DNA of 63,513 nucleotides, the filler included, from Bigelowiella natans CCMP2755 (lineage: Eukaryota > Protista > Cercozoa), in the NCBI GenBank assembly GCA_000320545.1. It is 6 parts of 6 records of this genome, joined end to end, with 100 filler letters (N's around TTAATTAATTAA, not from the genome) between each part and the next. Parts side by side here need not be neighbours in the genome. Positions count along the whole stretch, not along the records: positions 22,231 to 46,417 come from ADNK01000524.1; positions 46,518 to 57,657 come from ADNK01003559.1; 4 more parts are not named here. One strand, written 5' to 3'. Shown piece after piece: positions 41,102-54,090 of this stretch; position 1 is the stretch's first letter; the number at the start of each line of letters is the position of its first letter. The position numbers and the translations under genes are program-made. The notes under the pieces are model-generated. The model was not told the DNA's origin. It saw only the letters and a list, made by a program, of their open reading frames with translations, and did not search any database.

Positions 41102-41290
41102 ATACAATCTCGGTTCTTTGCTGAGATCAAGTGTAGTACCTGTTCTTATCAGCTTAATCTCTGATACACGGCTCATGCAGCCGCATTCTTAAGATTAAAC
41201 TTATTTTTGAACCTTGAGGAAGCACCATAGCTCGCTATGGCCTCCTCATAAGTAGCTTCGGTCTTACACATTGCAACCGAGTGCTGCTGG
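41102..41290 (+). ncRNA. U2: U2 spliceosomal snRNA
   Basis: ATACAATCTCGG...GCTGAGATCAAGTGTAGTACCTGTTCTTATCAG. Stem I TCTCGG/CTGAGA; stem IIa TATCAG/CTGATA; stem IIb CGGCT/AGCCG; IIc pairing TTAATCT(41154-60)/AGATTAA(41192-98); Sm site ATTTTTG (~41203); stems III and IV present. Confidence 0.95.
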
Positions 41291-42433
41291 TGCCTATGGT
41301 ACCCCCCAATCAAAAACACTACCAATGATCAACTTCGTTGCTGTGCACTGAACAACTAGAAAACAACACCATGCCCCTGCAGCAAATCTTTCACTGAGTC
41401 GGATACCAATCTATATCCCTAAGTGGCTATTCAATTGGTCCTCGGAACGCAACGCATGATGATTTCGAAACTGAACATAGCAGGCATTGTGCCTTTCTGA
41501 AAGTTTGATGGTGTGTGGTAGAATAGCGTAGTAGCATGGTAAAAGCAGCCGCATGAATTTTGGCGATACTAATGATGATTGATGTGATAATGGATTATTA
41601 ATGGTCATTCATAGCGATGGCGATGACGTCTAGTCGTCTTCAATACACACGGCAGTTTAGCGATGGAATGCTCCTGCCATTGTATGTGCATGGAACGGAT
41701 GTAATTAATCAATTAAATTTGTTCTAAAACCACCATTCACATGTTAATTCATTCAACTCGACGGTACGGAGCTGAACACTAGTCCTCTGCTGGTCACCTG
41801 TAAATATCTAGACATGCTAGCCGCCGGCGGATGCAAAGTGAAGCTCTCACTCTTCACAGTGGTCTTGCTTGAACTGATGATCACTTCACCAATGGAAACG
41901 CTTGACTTGCGTTCACTCCTTCACACACGTGTGCGCAGTCTGCAGCCACGCTCACATTGTTTACAATTTGATCATACGATTCAGAGCTTGCAGCCCATAT
42001 AGTTGCGGGACGCAATGCTAGAATGATGTGAACATGATGCACGCGTTCCCGCAGACCATTGTCAACGATTACCTTGTTTTCCGCTTCGCATCAGCACTTT
42101 TTATGTGATGAAGTGCTTGCTGCTTCTCAACACTAGAACTTACTGTGCATCCTGTTGTTATGCAAGCAGCCACGTCCATCGCAGCACCATCATGCATCGC
42201 ATTAGTTTTGATCGGAAGCGTGGATGATGCAATGATGCTTGACACTAGGACAGCATGCGCTAGCATGTGCGTGGAGCCATGCGCATGATGCGCAAAGGAG
42301 GCGCCGTTCGCATTCAATGGTGCACTGTGTTACAAAACCTAGATGTGCTGATGTAACAGAAAATTGTCGGTACTGACTTGTACGACATGGCCTCTTCCGA
42401 TTCGGACTTAATAATTAGAATCAAGAAAGTAAT

Positions 42434-42525
42434 GCACACATGTTCTTCACACCATGTGTTCTTTTACACACATGTTCTTTACACATGTACTAGAAGCACA
42501 CATGTTCTTAAGCACACATGTCCTA
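42434..42525. repeat. Degenerate minisatellite of ACACATGTTCTT units
   Basis: About five to six imperfect copies, most containing the palindrome ACATGT. Confidence 0.7.
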
Positions 42526-42799
42526 GTCAGGGTACACGAATAGAGCCTTCTCGGCTATATTTGTGTGCATACAAGCATGGGCAGCATCGCATATTCTGGA
42601 CATTGCACAGCAGTGCCGGGCACAGCCTAGCTAGCTTGCGGGAGACAGAACAGTGCCCCCAAAGATTGCATTTGCTGGCTGCACTGGAGATCATGGCAAA
42701 GTGTGCGTGCGTTATCGGTGCGCATGCAACTAGAGTTCACAGCGTTGTTGTGTCAACACGATGTCACGTTATTTAGATGTTGTTGCTCTTGTTTGCAAT

Positions 42800-45350
42800 T
42801 TAACTTTGAGAGAGAGCGGGTCGCAAGTGTTGGAGAAGAAATGTGGACCAGAATTGAAGGTGCTCTTCAAGTGTTGCTATGAACCCAAATGAAGGCAGAC
42901 AATTGCAAAAAACAACGGCGAAACAAAAATCAGCAACAATGAGTCAAATTTTGTGTTTTTTTTACATGATGATGACCAAATGAAGAGTTTCTTCTGTCCT
43001 AAATGACATTGACATCACCTTTCTTTGTATCCAGAATGAAACGACGGAACAACATCTAATTGGGATTGAATTGCTAAGTTATGCACTAAATATGGCATCC
43101 TCGGAAAGGTTGCACATTCATATTTGCACACAATGAAGAGAGAAGGGCGGGGGCACCGGTAAGAAGCTAGTATCAAGACTACTCATATTCGACCTTCTCG
43201 AGAGTATCCACTTCAACCCCATGCTTGAGCAGTACCTCATAGCCTTCCTTAGCCTCTTTGCAAAACCTAACTAGAAAGTCTTCACGCACAGAAAATGTGA
43301 AAAGGGAGGGGGATTACAAACCATATGATCAACGGAGATTTGAGATGAGAAATCGTGTCATGATTTACCACTAAAACGAAGAAAATTCTATGAACGAAGA
43401 GGACATCATAAGAGGACATCATCGATATTTCTTATCGGTGCTACCTCATAAGGAAATACATGAACAATAGAGACATTCAGATACAGCAGCATGGGTCGGA
43501 GAATCAACATTAATCGTGAGCAACAACAACGCTGCCCATATTTGCTACACCTAATTATATGCTTTTATCTAAATTTAGACAAATTCTTCACCGTTATTCT
43601 TCCCATCGGATGCGGATGAGACGGAAGGGGAGCAGGATGAGAAGGACGAGGTGTTCGCACCACCCTCCAGGAACAACGATATATCGTCAATAGTCTGTTA
43701 CCAATAGCATTTTCCAATGGTTAGACGAAGAATGAGATGATAATAATAAGGATGGTGATGATGATTATGATGATGATGATGATCATGGGAACGATGTTAT
43801 CGTACCCGCTTAATCCGCACGATTTCCGCTCTTATGTAGGTCATGTCGATGCGACTCGCTGCTTCAACCATCTGCAAATATGGTCGCGCACAGTAGCGGT
43901 ATTGTCTTTAGTCTTTTAGTACAAACACGCACGAATGTAGGGATGCTATGCTGCGCGAAGAGGTACAGGATCTATTGTACGGCGCACCACCATCGGGATA
44001 CAGTGTGGGAAAAAATAACACGTTTTCCTACAATCAAAGAGCCGAGGCGTAGGTTATGATAGATAAATACAGCGGAAAATCAATGTTTTGATATTTCCAC
44101 GCTGCCTCCTCGTTTAACAGGATTGCACGAAGGCGTGTGGTCTTCTTCTATTTCCCTTTGAAACAATACACATTATACACATACGTACCTTGAGGTCGTC
44201 CATTATCGAAACTGCGCTTGTTCCATATCCCTCTACTTGTCTACAGCGACGCAAACAATGTAGAGGAGTACACATGCGTGTGGGACTCAGGCGTATATAG
44301 TATTTATTATACATGTGCGTGTATGTTCTATCTTAAAGCGTGTGTGTAAACCAAAGACCGCCTCTTTTCTCCCTCTCCCATCCTCGCATTTCTTGAGATT
44401 TTTCTCACCGAAGAAGATGTAGCAGTAAATTCTTGCTTCTTCCCGCCGCCTAGCAAATATGGTATCAAAACACATCGATCTTCGTCATCGATAAGCTTGG
44501 TTATCCATAAAGATGCACGGGCAATTGCTTTCAAGCGCAAGAATCAGTCACAACTTACGTCATATTAATAGTCTACAATACCACTATTAGCATCAACATG
44601 ATTCCGCTACTACTGCTGTTGCTACCTTTATGTGACGCAAAGACAACAGAGATGACAGCGTGAATCTGTATAAACAGCAGAGTATCCAGGAGGAGAGACG
44701 AGAGAGGGAGGGAGATAGAGGGAAGTGAGGACGACGAGGGCAGCAGTAGTAGTTGAAGGACTTACAAGCTCAGTTCCACTATAATAACTAATTGGCAACG
44801 ACGGCAAATGCCAGGGAGATACATAAATCGCGTATTCCTCCTTATTCCTTTCCTCCCTCCTCGTCTCCCCCCTCGCAAGTACAAATACATGCGAAAGCAC
44901 CCGTAAGCGTTGTCGTAGCGCTTCGATCCCAGGTTCATCGTGTTACCATATCGCAGAGCCACCATCAGAAACTGCTTGATGCCTGGGCGAGAGGAGTAAT
45001 AGAGAGAAAAGAGCAATATGAAGAGAAGAACAACAGCACAGGTAAGAGGTACACATAAGAATCGAGGGGGAGGGGGGAAAGCCATATTCGAGTAACAAGC
45101 AAATAGAGAAGAATCACCACCTTGTGAATTCAACAAGGATTCAATTGCGCGTTTCACGGTATCCAGACTTCTAGATACACCCTTGTATTGTGTAGATAAT
45201 CAATTGTAAATAGTAGGTGAGGGGAGGAGGAGAGCATAGATTAACATCATTGGTCGAACAGAATAATAATAATAATAGGAGCAACAGAAAGAACACTCAT
45301 GCGACCTCATCATCGCTATCATCATTCCCTTCTTCTTCATAGCAATAATT

Positions 45351-45383
<33 letters not shown>

Positions 45384-45984
45384 GCCATCATCGTGGATAT
45401 CATTATAATTCCTCTCCCCATCCTCATCCTCCTCCTCTCCCCTCTCCTTGCGCGCCATCATCTATTATGTACCGAGCGCGCGGTATCGAAGCCCTTGATA
45501 AACTGTATCCACGAGATCTAACGGCAGCAAAAGCAGAGAGTCAAAGTTGATACATATCAGATATGCTAAAAACAAAGAGTCGTCAGGTATTGATCCGCCG
45601 CCCGGTCTCCTCTTCTCTCTGCTCTTTTATCTCATCCGCTCTCCTTCCTTTCCCTGTCCGCTATGCCGTCGTCAGTCACCTTGGAGCGAATGTGCGCATC
45701 CTTCCCCAGCTCGTAGAGAAACCTTGCGGGGGTTGCGCGCCGATGAATGATGAAATAAATATTTGCGTGTGTATTTAAATGTGCAGAGATGAGTCGATTC
45801 AATGTCTCTCCTCTCTTTGCTCCCTTTCCCCCTCCCTCTCCCTCCTGCGGGTATTGATTAGGTTGTGGTGGGGGAGCATAATACCTTTCCGCTTTGCCGA
45901 GGGCAGCTACACTTCCACCATAGCTTTTCACCATCTCCAATTCCTTCAAACACGCCATGCACATGCACTTGTTACACATATGTG

Positions 45985-46018
<34 letters not shown>

Positions 46019-46196
46019 GAGTAGAAGTAGCAGTAGTAGTTGCAGTAATAGCGGTACACGGTATCTCACTACCATTCAACGCATCGAAACACGACTTTAT
46101 TATATAACGAGTCAAGGTCTGGTGGGCCTATGTACCCGCTATGCGTGTGTGTTTGTGTTTTGTGTACGAGGGGCAGCTTAGCAGCTAAAATAGGGG

Positions 46197-46233
<37 letters not shown>

Positions 46234-46300
46234 GATATCCACCTCTTCTGTTGGGAAAATCGCTACAACCCGATCGATTGTGTCGGAGGAGAGACTTCGC
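42800..46300 (-). CDS. Formin FH2 domain (5'-truncated by the contig end; 3' end tentative)
   Basis: Spliced: VAIFPTEE|ELEMVKSYGGSVAALGKAER|FLYEL, LLNSQ|GIKQFLMVALRYGNTMNLGSKRYDNAYG|FTLSSLLSL, NLLLHLL, VEAASRID. Confidence 0.85.
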
Positions 46301-46348
46301 CTGATTTATAGCATGGTTCCACGTGTAAGTAGATGTGCGAGTACCGTT

Positions 46349-46404
<56 letters not shown>

Positions 46405-46417
46405 GGGGGGGGGGGGG

Positions 46418-46517
46418 NNNNNNNNNNNNNNNNNNNNNNNNNNNNNNNNNNNNNNNNNNNNTTAATTAATTAANNNNNNNNNNNNNNNNNNNNNNNNNNN
46501 NNNNNNNNNNNNNNNNN
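46418..46517. other. Artificial contig-joining spacer
   Basis: N44-TTAATTAATTAA-N44. Confidence 0.97.
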
Positions 46518-46642
46518 ATGAAAAGAAGAAAATCGCAGCACCACCTCAGCGTATTAGCTATGTCATTGATGAAAACGGGGGGGGGGGGATAAGGGATCTA
46601 ATCCGTTTTGATATTTCCACTACTACTATCTGCTATTAGCAC

Positions 46643-47309
46643 TCAGCATACCACTCAGCTGTGTCCTTTATGATCGTGGTTTCTGTGTCCGGTTGTTATT
46701 GTAGCGATTTCACAATATTATGATACATGAGTCGAAGAAGAAGGTAATAGGAGGAGACTGGTGAGAGAATAAAGAAGAGAAGAACTCTCCCCCCCCCTTT
46801 CTTCCCTTGGCCCTCTCACACATCTCTACGCAGATATTCATTCATTCATGCCTCAACTTCCTTCATATGCAGGAAACGGGGGGAGGAGGGGGGGGGGGGG
46901 GGGGGGGAAGGTAAGGCGACAGATTACCCAGTGTGTTTCGGTAGATGATAAGATTGACACTGTCCATTGCAATGTACACATTTATCGCTTTACGGACGGT
47001 GATACGTTGATTCGCTCCTCCCCTCTCCGCTCTTGAGGCCTTGGTATCCGAATTAGCCAGTGATCGATCGTGCTGGGATGCTGATGCTGCTACTCCTCCT
47101 CCTCCTCCTCCTAGACGTGATGATGATGATGATGACGGCGGAGGGAACACGCCTTTCTCGTCATGGTCATCTAAACACACGTGGCTTTTAACATCTTGCG
47201 AAGGGGGTGTGGTGTGGTGGGGGTGGGGGTGGGGGTTGAGCTAAAGCCTAACACGTGCTATAACACCATAATAACGACCGCTCACACTTCTTTGAAATGC
47301 AACTTCTTA

Positions 47310-47341
<32 letters not shown>

Positions 47342-49146
47342 CGACGCGTGTTAAGAGATTAGCCCTTAGGTTCATAGCAAAGCGGTGTTATTAGAATGAT
47401 ATATTAGTACCGAACAGCCCCATGGCTGCCGTCCCTTCTCCTTGCACAAGCAAGGGCATGGACCGACGGTCATGTTGCACGGCCACAGCTTCCCTGTCGG
47501 CCAGGATCAGCGCCATGAGAGTACTGGTGAGCTTTCGATGGATAGGATCGAAGATTGCCGTTTTGAATGCAGTCGTGCAAACCTATTAATTACAACGTTG
47601 ATGATGATGATGATGATGATGATGACGATGACGATCAAGTCGGCTCGTGTGTGTTACAGGACCAAAGCCATCAACAGTATATTTGAGCAAGCAATCTTAT
47701 ATTTAAAGTATCTTCGCATGCGCCTTTATCGTTTTCGCTCTCCGCAACCACCTTCACCGCCATCTGCCACCCTCCCTCTCTCCATCGACGGATTCGACGG
47801 CAACAACAGCATTGTCATCATGATGTTCAGATCTACGTTGAGGAGCTAGCAGCAGCCCTCATTCCCCCTACCTGTTCCAGGGTGGCAAGAGAGCCCCGCC
47901 TAACGTAGAAGCGGTTCACGTAGTCGAAGAAGTTGCACATCCATCTTGAGATGAGGCAGTGGTCGTCCCATTGCGACACCACCTCGCGGACCTGATATTA
48001 TTTGTTTTACAGAGTCAAATCAGTGATTATGGTAAACTACTATGCGAGCAGCAGCAAGATGTTGTGATATGGCAGAAATAGGTGGCGGATAGGGAAAGTA
48101 GTAGGCCAGACCAAATAAGCTCCTGGAGGCCTTTCTTGGATTGCGGGCAGTGACACCTTGTTCAGATAGTGCCGGACAGACTGGCGATGATATATTATTT
48201 CAATACATAGATAGGGAGCAATTGGTCAGGTGGTGAATCTTTCCTTTCATGACTTTTTACAAGTGAGTAAATAGTTCTCTTTTATCATTGTGTGTGTGTG
48301 TGTGTGTGTGTGTAACACATCCTATCACTCCTCTCAAGAACCAACCTTTCCAAATAAAGTGTATAGCTTCCCTGTGTAACAGTGTGGCGCCTGGATATAG
48401 ATGGATGTATGGATGGATGGCTGGGTGGAGAGAAGGATCGGTAGAAATGGATTGACGAATTGATTATGTCTAGAGGTGGGGCGAACACTTTGACGGTGCA
48501 CCGTGAAACTGCTCCATTCTCTTCACGCTTTGTTCGTTCAAAAGCATCATTCAAGTTCATGTTAAAACGCCGATGACCTGCTGGTTGCACATATTGTAGA
48601 CAAGGGTGTAGAGCTTCACATGCTCCTCATTCGAAAATTGTCGCCCGCTGCCTTTTTCTATAAATTTATCATATGAGTGATCTATCATCGGTGGGTTCTT
48701 GATTATAAAAGGAAAAAATATGAGCAAGCAAACATTTTCGATGACTCAAACGCGAGTGAGAATAGCCAGTGGAATCGCAGAGAGGGAGAATAATTTTGGA
48801 AAATGACACTGGGCGCATACCTTTAATGACGCGATGAAGTTTTTGAATGCCTTCTCTGTAGATTCTGCCCCATCCCTCTTCCAGGGTTATGGTACGTGGT
48901 TTTCTCCTGACAAATAACAAACAATCATTCAAAAAGGTTTTGTTCTCTGCTTAACCACCTTCATCGGTGGTACGCTGAGGAATTATGGTGAGATTTTCCG
49001 AACCAATTAGCAGTACTTAGATTTATTACTATGTGTGCATCATATCCTAAAAATATAAGGCACCTTCGTCCTCCCGCTGGTGATCCATCGAGGGCCGAGG
49101 TGGAGGAACCCTCCATCACTCGAGAGTATTGGTGACGACCCGCCAT
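46643..49146 (-). CDS. Cullin (CUL1-like) N-terminal repeats, 3'-truncated by the contig end
   Basis: Spliced: TITLEEGWGRIYREGIQKL, FSNEEHVKLYTLVYNMCNQ, VREVVSQWDDHCLISRWMCNFFDYVNRFYV, LMALILADRE, ETTIIKDTAEWY. Confidence 0.85.
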
Positions 49147-49966
49147 TGGCTGAAAGACACATGGAAATTAAGAATGCAACGAGAAGAAAAACTACACGAA
49201 AAAGTTGGGAAAACAGAAGAAGAAAGGCCACGTCCACAATCTTCAGCCCCCCCTCTCTCTCTCTTGTGTGTGTGTTTGGGGTGAGTGGGTGGTAGCTGTC
49301 TATCTTTCATGAGACGATATTATATGTGTTCGATTATAGCCCATTCGCACCTATGACGACGCCTAATCCTCCCCTCTCTGGATGAGGATGTACGAGCTGT
49401 AGAAAGCAACAACCGGAATTTGAGAAAAGTGTCTCCAAGAAGTGACTTTCTCTCGTCAGATATTAATTTGCTGGATCACGAGAACAATATTGTAAAAATA
49501 CAAGGATATTTTCCCTCCTAACAACCCAAAATGCGACAGATATTCCTTTTTTCACACGTTGTCCAAAGCTGTTTGCAGAATGAAATACACTTACTGGAGA
49601 TATGTAAGGTGCATTTCCGGAAGGAATGAGCTTTTCTTCCACCTTTTGGTTCTGATTCCGTGGTGTTTGATACGGAGAAAACACGGAGGTCTTTGTCTCA
49701 TCAAGAAAGCCTGCTGGGGAGTCTGCCGCTTGCTGTCACAAGATCCGACCTGTTCCCAAGTAAGGTGTAAACACGTAAAAAAAAAAGGGGTATTTTGGGT
49801 GCTTTTCCATGAGCACATGAGGCAAGAGATACATGATCTTACGAAAGTTGCCCTAGAAAAACCTTCATACGACTTAAGTTTATTCATGTCGTTTCAGTTA
49901 TTTTTCCAATCGACATTTGTTGTGCGGAAGGTGCTCTCGAAGGGTTCGGTATGAGAAAGGACAAAA

Positions 49967-51041
49967 ATGACCCTCGGGAGGAGGAGGAGGAAGGAAAGAG
50001 GCTCAGAACCCAAACAATACCGTGCTCCACATTGGCGTACCGTGGCACTAGTTCTCACTACTTGTACAATAATTTTCAATTTCATGGATCTAGCAAAGTC
50101 AAAGGCTGTTGGAGAACGACCATGTGTTGAGCAGGACCTGAAGCTTCAGGGTAGCTGCTATTGTGGAGAAATAAAATTTCGAGTTATTGGAAAGCCTATG
50201 GTTGCTGTGAACTGTCATTGCACCGATTGTAGGAAAGCTCACGCCGCTCCAATGTACCAAGGTAAAAGCAACCTCCCTGCAACAGGATTCTTATTGCCAC
50301 GCAATGTACTCGGCTGAAATGAGTTCATCTGAAAATGATATAATTATGTTTCAGCTGCATATTTTCCTCCATCGAGCTTCAGAATTGTTGCAGGAGAAAA
50401 TAATCTGAAAAGGTTTTCGACAACTCATCAAGCTTTCACAAATGAAATATTGCAGTGAGGATGGATACCTTACTCGCAAATAAACATCTCATATGCGATT
50501 TCATGCAGATTTCGCAAAGGGAAATCAGATTGTGAAAGGCATTTTTGTAAGGAATGTGGCACTCGCATATGTACGACGCTTTTAAAAAGCGATCAACCTG
50601 GACTGGCAGGTTGCATCGGAGTTTATCCAGCCCTTCTGGACAATGTGAAGAACTTCCCAGACTACATTCTCCCAAGTCTCCATCTTAACCCGCATGATGC
50701 AATATTGGTACATTGAGCCAATTCATATATCTCCAATTCTGGGCATCTTAATTCGCCTCGATAATTGATTATTTTTCATTTTGCTTCCTCCACCTATTTC
50801 ACATTCTACAACATTTAATCATTCAGCTTTTTTTGTGATCGTCTTGTACTTTAAGGGAGCTTCTTAAAAAGTGTGAATTAATTTTTTTGCTGAATTTGTC
50901 CGATTTTGTGTAACATATATTACATAGTGAGCGCAGTTGGCTTAATCATTTGATAATTTATTACACCAGGACCTGAGCAAATTTCAGGATGGGATTCCGA
51001 GAATGAACTCTGATGGCACCATAAATCCTTCTCCAAAATAA
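49967..51041 (+). CDS. GFA/CENP-V (Mss4-like) zinc-binding protein with an N-terminal hydrophobic anchor, 4 exons
   Basis: GSCYCGEIKF...NCHCTDCRKAH, then ERHFCKECGTRI in a later exon. Stop at 51039-51041. Confidence 0.85.
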
Positions 51042-51908
51042 GTGTACTGATACAAAATAATAGGGTTCAGATGATGCTTGCCAAGGCAGGTTTTTAATTA
51101 TGGATTAGTATTTAGAAATAGTTTTAGGTGGCTACCAGTAATAACGTTGCTAATTGGAAACTTATATCAGTACATAGAGAGAAGTCTTTGGTGATGCTCA
51201 CATGCAATTACAAAAATAGCGGGAAAATATGAATCGATCGCTTGTGTACATCGATCGTGAAATCTCTAGATCTGGGCATCATTCACACAACACTAGAGCA
51301 GTGACACATCTAAACTAGTAAACCCTTGAAATGCCACAGTGCGTCATGGATCAACTGGTCTGAGATGTAGAGGTGTTCCCACCCACAATTGAGTGCGCTG
51401 ACCATGTTGCAAAGTGATGAAACATGCACATGTCTCACCTCTTGATGTCCACATGTGCATGTTTGCGCCGCACACAGGTCTGTTAGACACAGCTAGACAG
51501 TCTAGCTAACTAGCACTAGATCTAGAGATCAGAGTGATGCTAGATTGGTGCATTGCCAGACAGGACTAGAGGAAAACGCTGAAAACGCCTGCATCACATG
51601 TGCAATGCTAGAATGATTGCCTGCAATTCACGTTTCGAGCAACGTCTAACATGCCCTACTAGCCTAGTACCTATCAACATAACTAGAGAAATGTCGATCT
51701 AGATGTTGTCATGCAAGGTGTCCAAACGCACATCTACACTGCAGTCAGAATTGCATGATTCGCTAGCATTGATTAGCATTGCTAGATTGGCTAGATGGTG
51801 CTGCTTAGATGTTCAACATTGATAAAAGTAAGATGCTCAATTCTCTGTACATAAATTTACACATATCACCTATGATGCATGAGACATACATACTGATCCA
51901 AGATTACT

Positions 51909-52979
51909 TTAAGAAATATATTTTTTGCAATCAGAATCATAGCCAGGAACATCTTCTTCACCATGCGGTAGATGCTTTATCAAGTTAAAGTTGATAGCTG
52001 GACATATTTGGTCTAAGACCTTTCTAATTGGAACACCACTAGGTTCTCTGTACGTGATTTCCTCAATGTAATTTGATTTTGTTATCTTTTCAATTGCAAG
52101 CTCTCGGCCTCCAGAATGGTGCACATTCTTCGCAGCATCAACTATCGTAGTAATTTTTTCTGGAAGGGGGATATTCATAAACTTTGCCATTCGCGCAATC
52201 TCTAATTCAGGGTGGACTACCAAATCTTCATACCTACAAATCAGAACCTTCTTTGGATATTTCTTGAGTAGCTTTACATAACCCTTGACATAGTCATTCC
52301 ACACAGATACTAGACCAGGGGCTCCAAAGTCTACTTGCCATTTTACGCTTTTATCCCATCTGAACCTCCATTGCATGTGACAGGGCTCCCTTAGGATCTT
52401 ATCCCAGTTTTGATATGCACATAAATCTATGTTGTATCCATCCTTCCTCCATGAAACAATGTGCGAGATAGGATTCCTTACCATAATAATGACATATGCA
52501 TTTCTATCCTTTAGATGCTTATCGACCCACTTCTCTGCAAGTCCTCCAACGTTCTGTCGCTCTACAGGTGGAAAGTGTTTCCAAAATTCATGGCTGTGTA
52601 TCCGATTGAAGTTCTTCTTGAGATACATGTCTAACAAATTTGTTCCTGAATCGAACATTCCCATCGTCTGGATGCTGACCTTGGGGCCTTTGTGAATATC
52701 GTGAACAAATGGAATTCCGAAATTCTCTGCTATTTCTGTAACATTGCTAATTGTTACAACATTTCGCCCATCCCATAAGGCATCCTGAGCTTCAGATAGA
52801 CTAGCTACCTAAAGAAAAAAAGAATCAATGCATGCACTGTGGTGTCCAGTTGTAGCTTTTTAGCTTACCCTGCTTTTAGGAGAGGATGAAAGCTGAGCTA
52901 CTTCTTTGTTCCAAGTTGCATCAACAGGATGTGAAGCAAGAAGTGAAAGCCAGAAAAATGGCAAAGCCAGAGACCCCAT
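51909..52979 (-). CDS. Secreted/Golgi sulfotransferase-like P-loop protein, 2 exons
   Basis: Signal-like MGSLALPFFWLSLLASHPVDA; intron 52809-52868; GMFDSGTNLL (5'-PSB-like), WKH, IIMVRNPISHIVSW (3'-PB-like) and RYEDLV. Confidence 0.75.
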
Positions 52980-53741
52980 TCCTTTCCAAAGAATTGTGAA
53001 ATGATGGAAATACCAACAGACATTGTTCTGGAGCATGAAATCCTATTTGCGCATCAATTTAAGGGAGCGACAACCACAAAGAGCTTGGAATCTGCAGAAA
53101 TCATCTTCCACCTGCGCAGCACCAACGATTCAAGTTTTTCATCATGTCGCATCCATTTCTAGTCTATTCTTGGTGCCGTTTGCAAGGGAGTGTCCTTTTC
53201 GCCATGGCAAACCATCAGGAATGCAAGTAGATCTACGCTTTGGAAGTCTGAACACCGAATGAGAGCACTTAGATGCTGCCCCTGATGACATGTTGTTGTC
53301 GCTGTGAATAAATTCGTTTGCATTTCCTCGTAGATCTAACGCACATTTGAAAGAAGCCTATCACCATCGCTGGTATTCCAAACATGTTCTGCGACATCAC
53401 ATTTGTCCACCTTTTCTTTATTCCTCCTTACAAATCTGAAGGACTGCTATTTATGCTCCTTCATTGCAAATCCAAAGAACGTGGACCGCCATTTTCACCA
53501 TCACAGTACTGTTGCTGTGCGTGTGCGTGGTTGTGATGAATGAAATTATGTAGTGGTCACATGTTACATACACAACAATGTTATTTGACGAGTCAAGTAC
53601 ATTCATCATCATGTGGTATTTTTCCAAATCTATCAGCCGATGCATTTACCTAACAAGGTCTCATTCGTAGGCATCTGATCGAGAAACAAACTAGAAGAAT
53701 CTAATATGGTCAAATTCCACTCGTAATGTGAAGGCAATAAA

Positions 53742-54045
53742 ATGATGATGTCAACATGTACGGATGTACGGATCAATGCAACATTTATTTGCATCATTAC
53801 TTCATTGTTTGTTCTGTTGTCAGTCTGGCGAAGAAGCGATTTTGAACGAATTCAAAATCATGTCCACCGGAGAATTTGTAGATACCATTAATGATCGTGG
53901 TAGTAACAATGTTTCAGCAGAGAAGATGCAGCGCCTCATTGCATTGTAAGTTTTCAATTGACCACAATCATCACCTACACTTTCCTCTATGTTTAATTTT
54001 CGCCATAGAAACTCTAATCAGGCTAGATTATTGTCTCTATACTAA

Positions 54046-54090
<45 letters not shown>

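Noticed and set aside
46877-46907. Poly-G/C tracts as functional G-quadruplex elements
   Set aside because: They are one of many simple-repeat classes in introns, occur on either strand and are error-prone in sequencing. No specific positional signal was seen.
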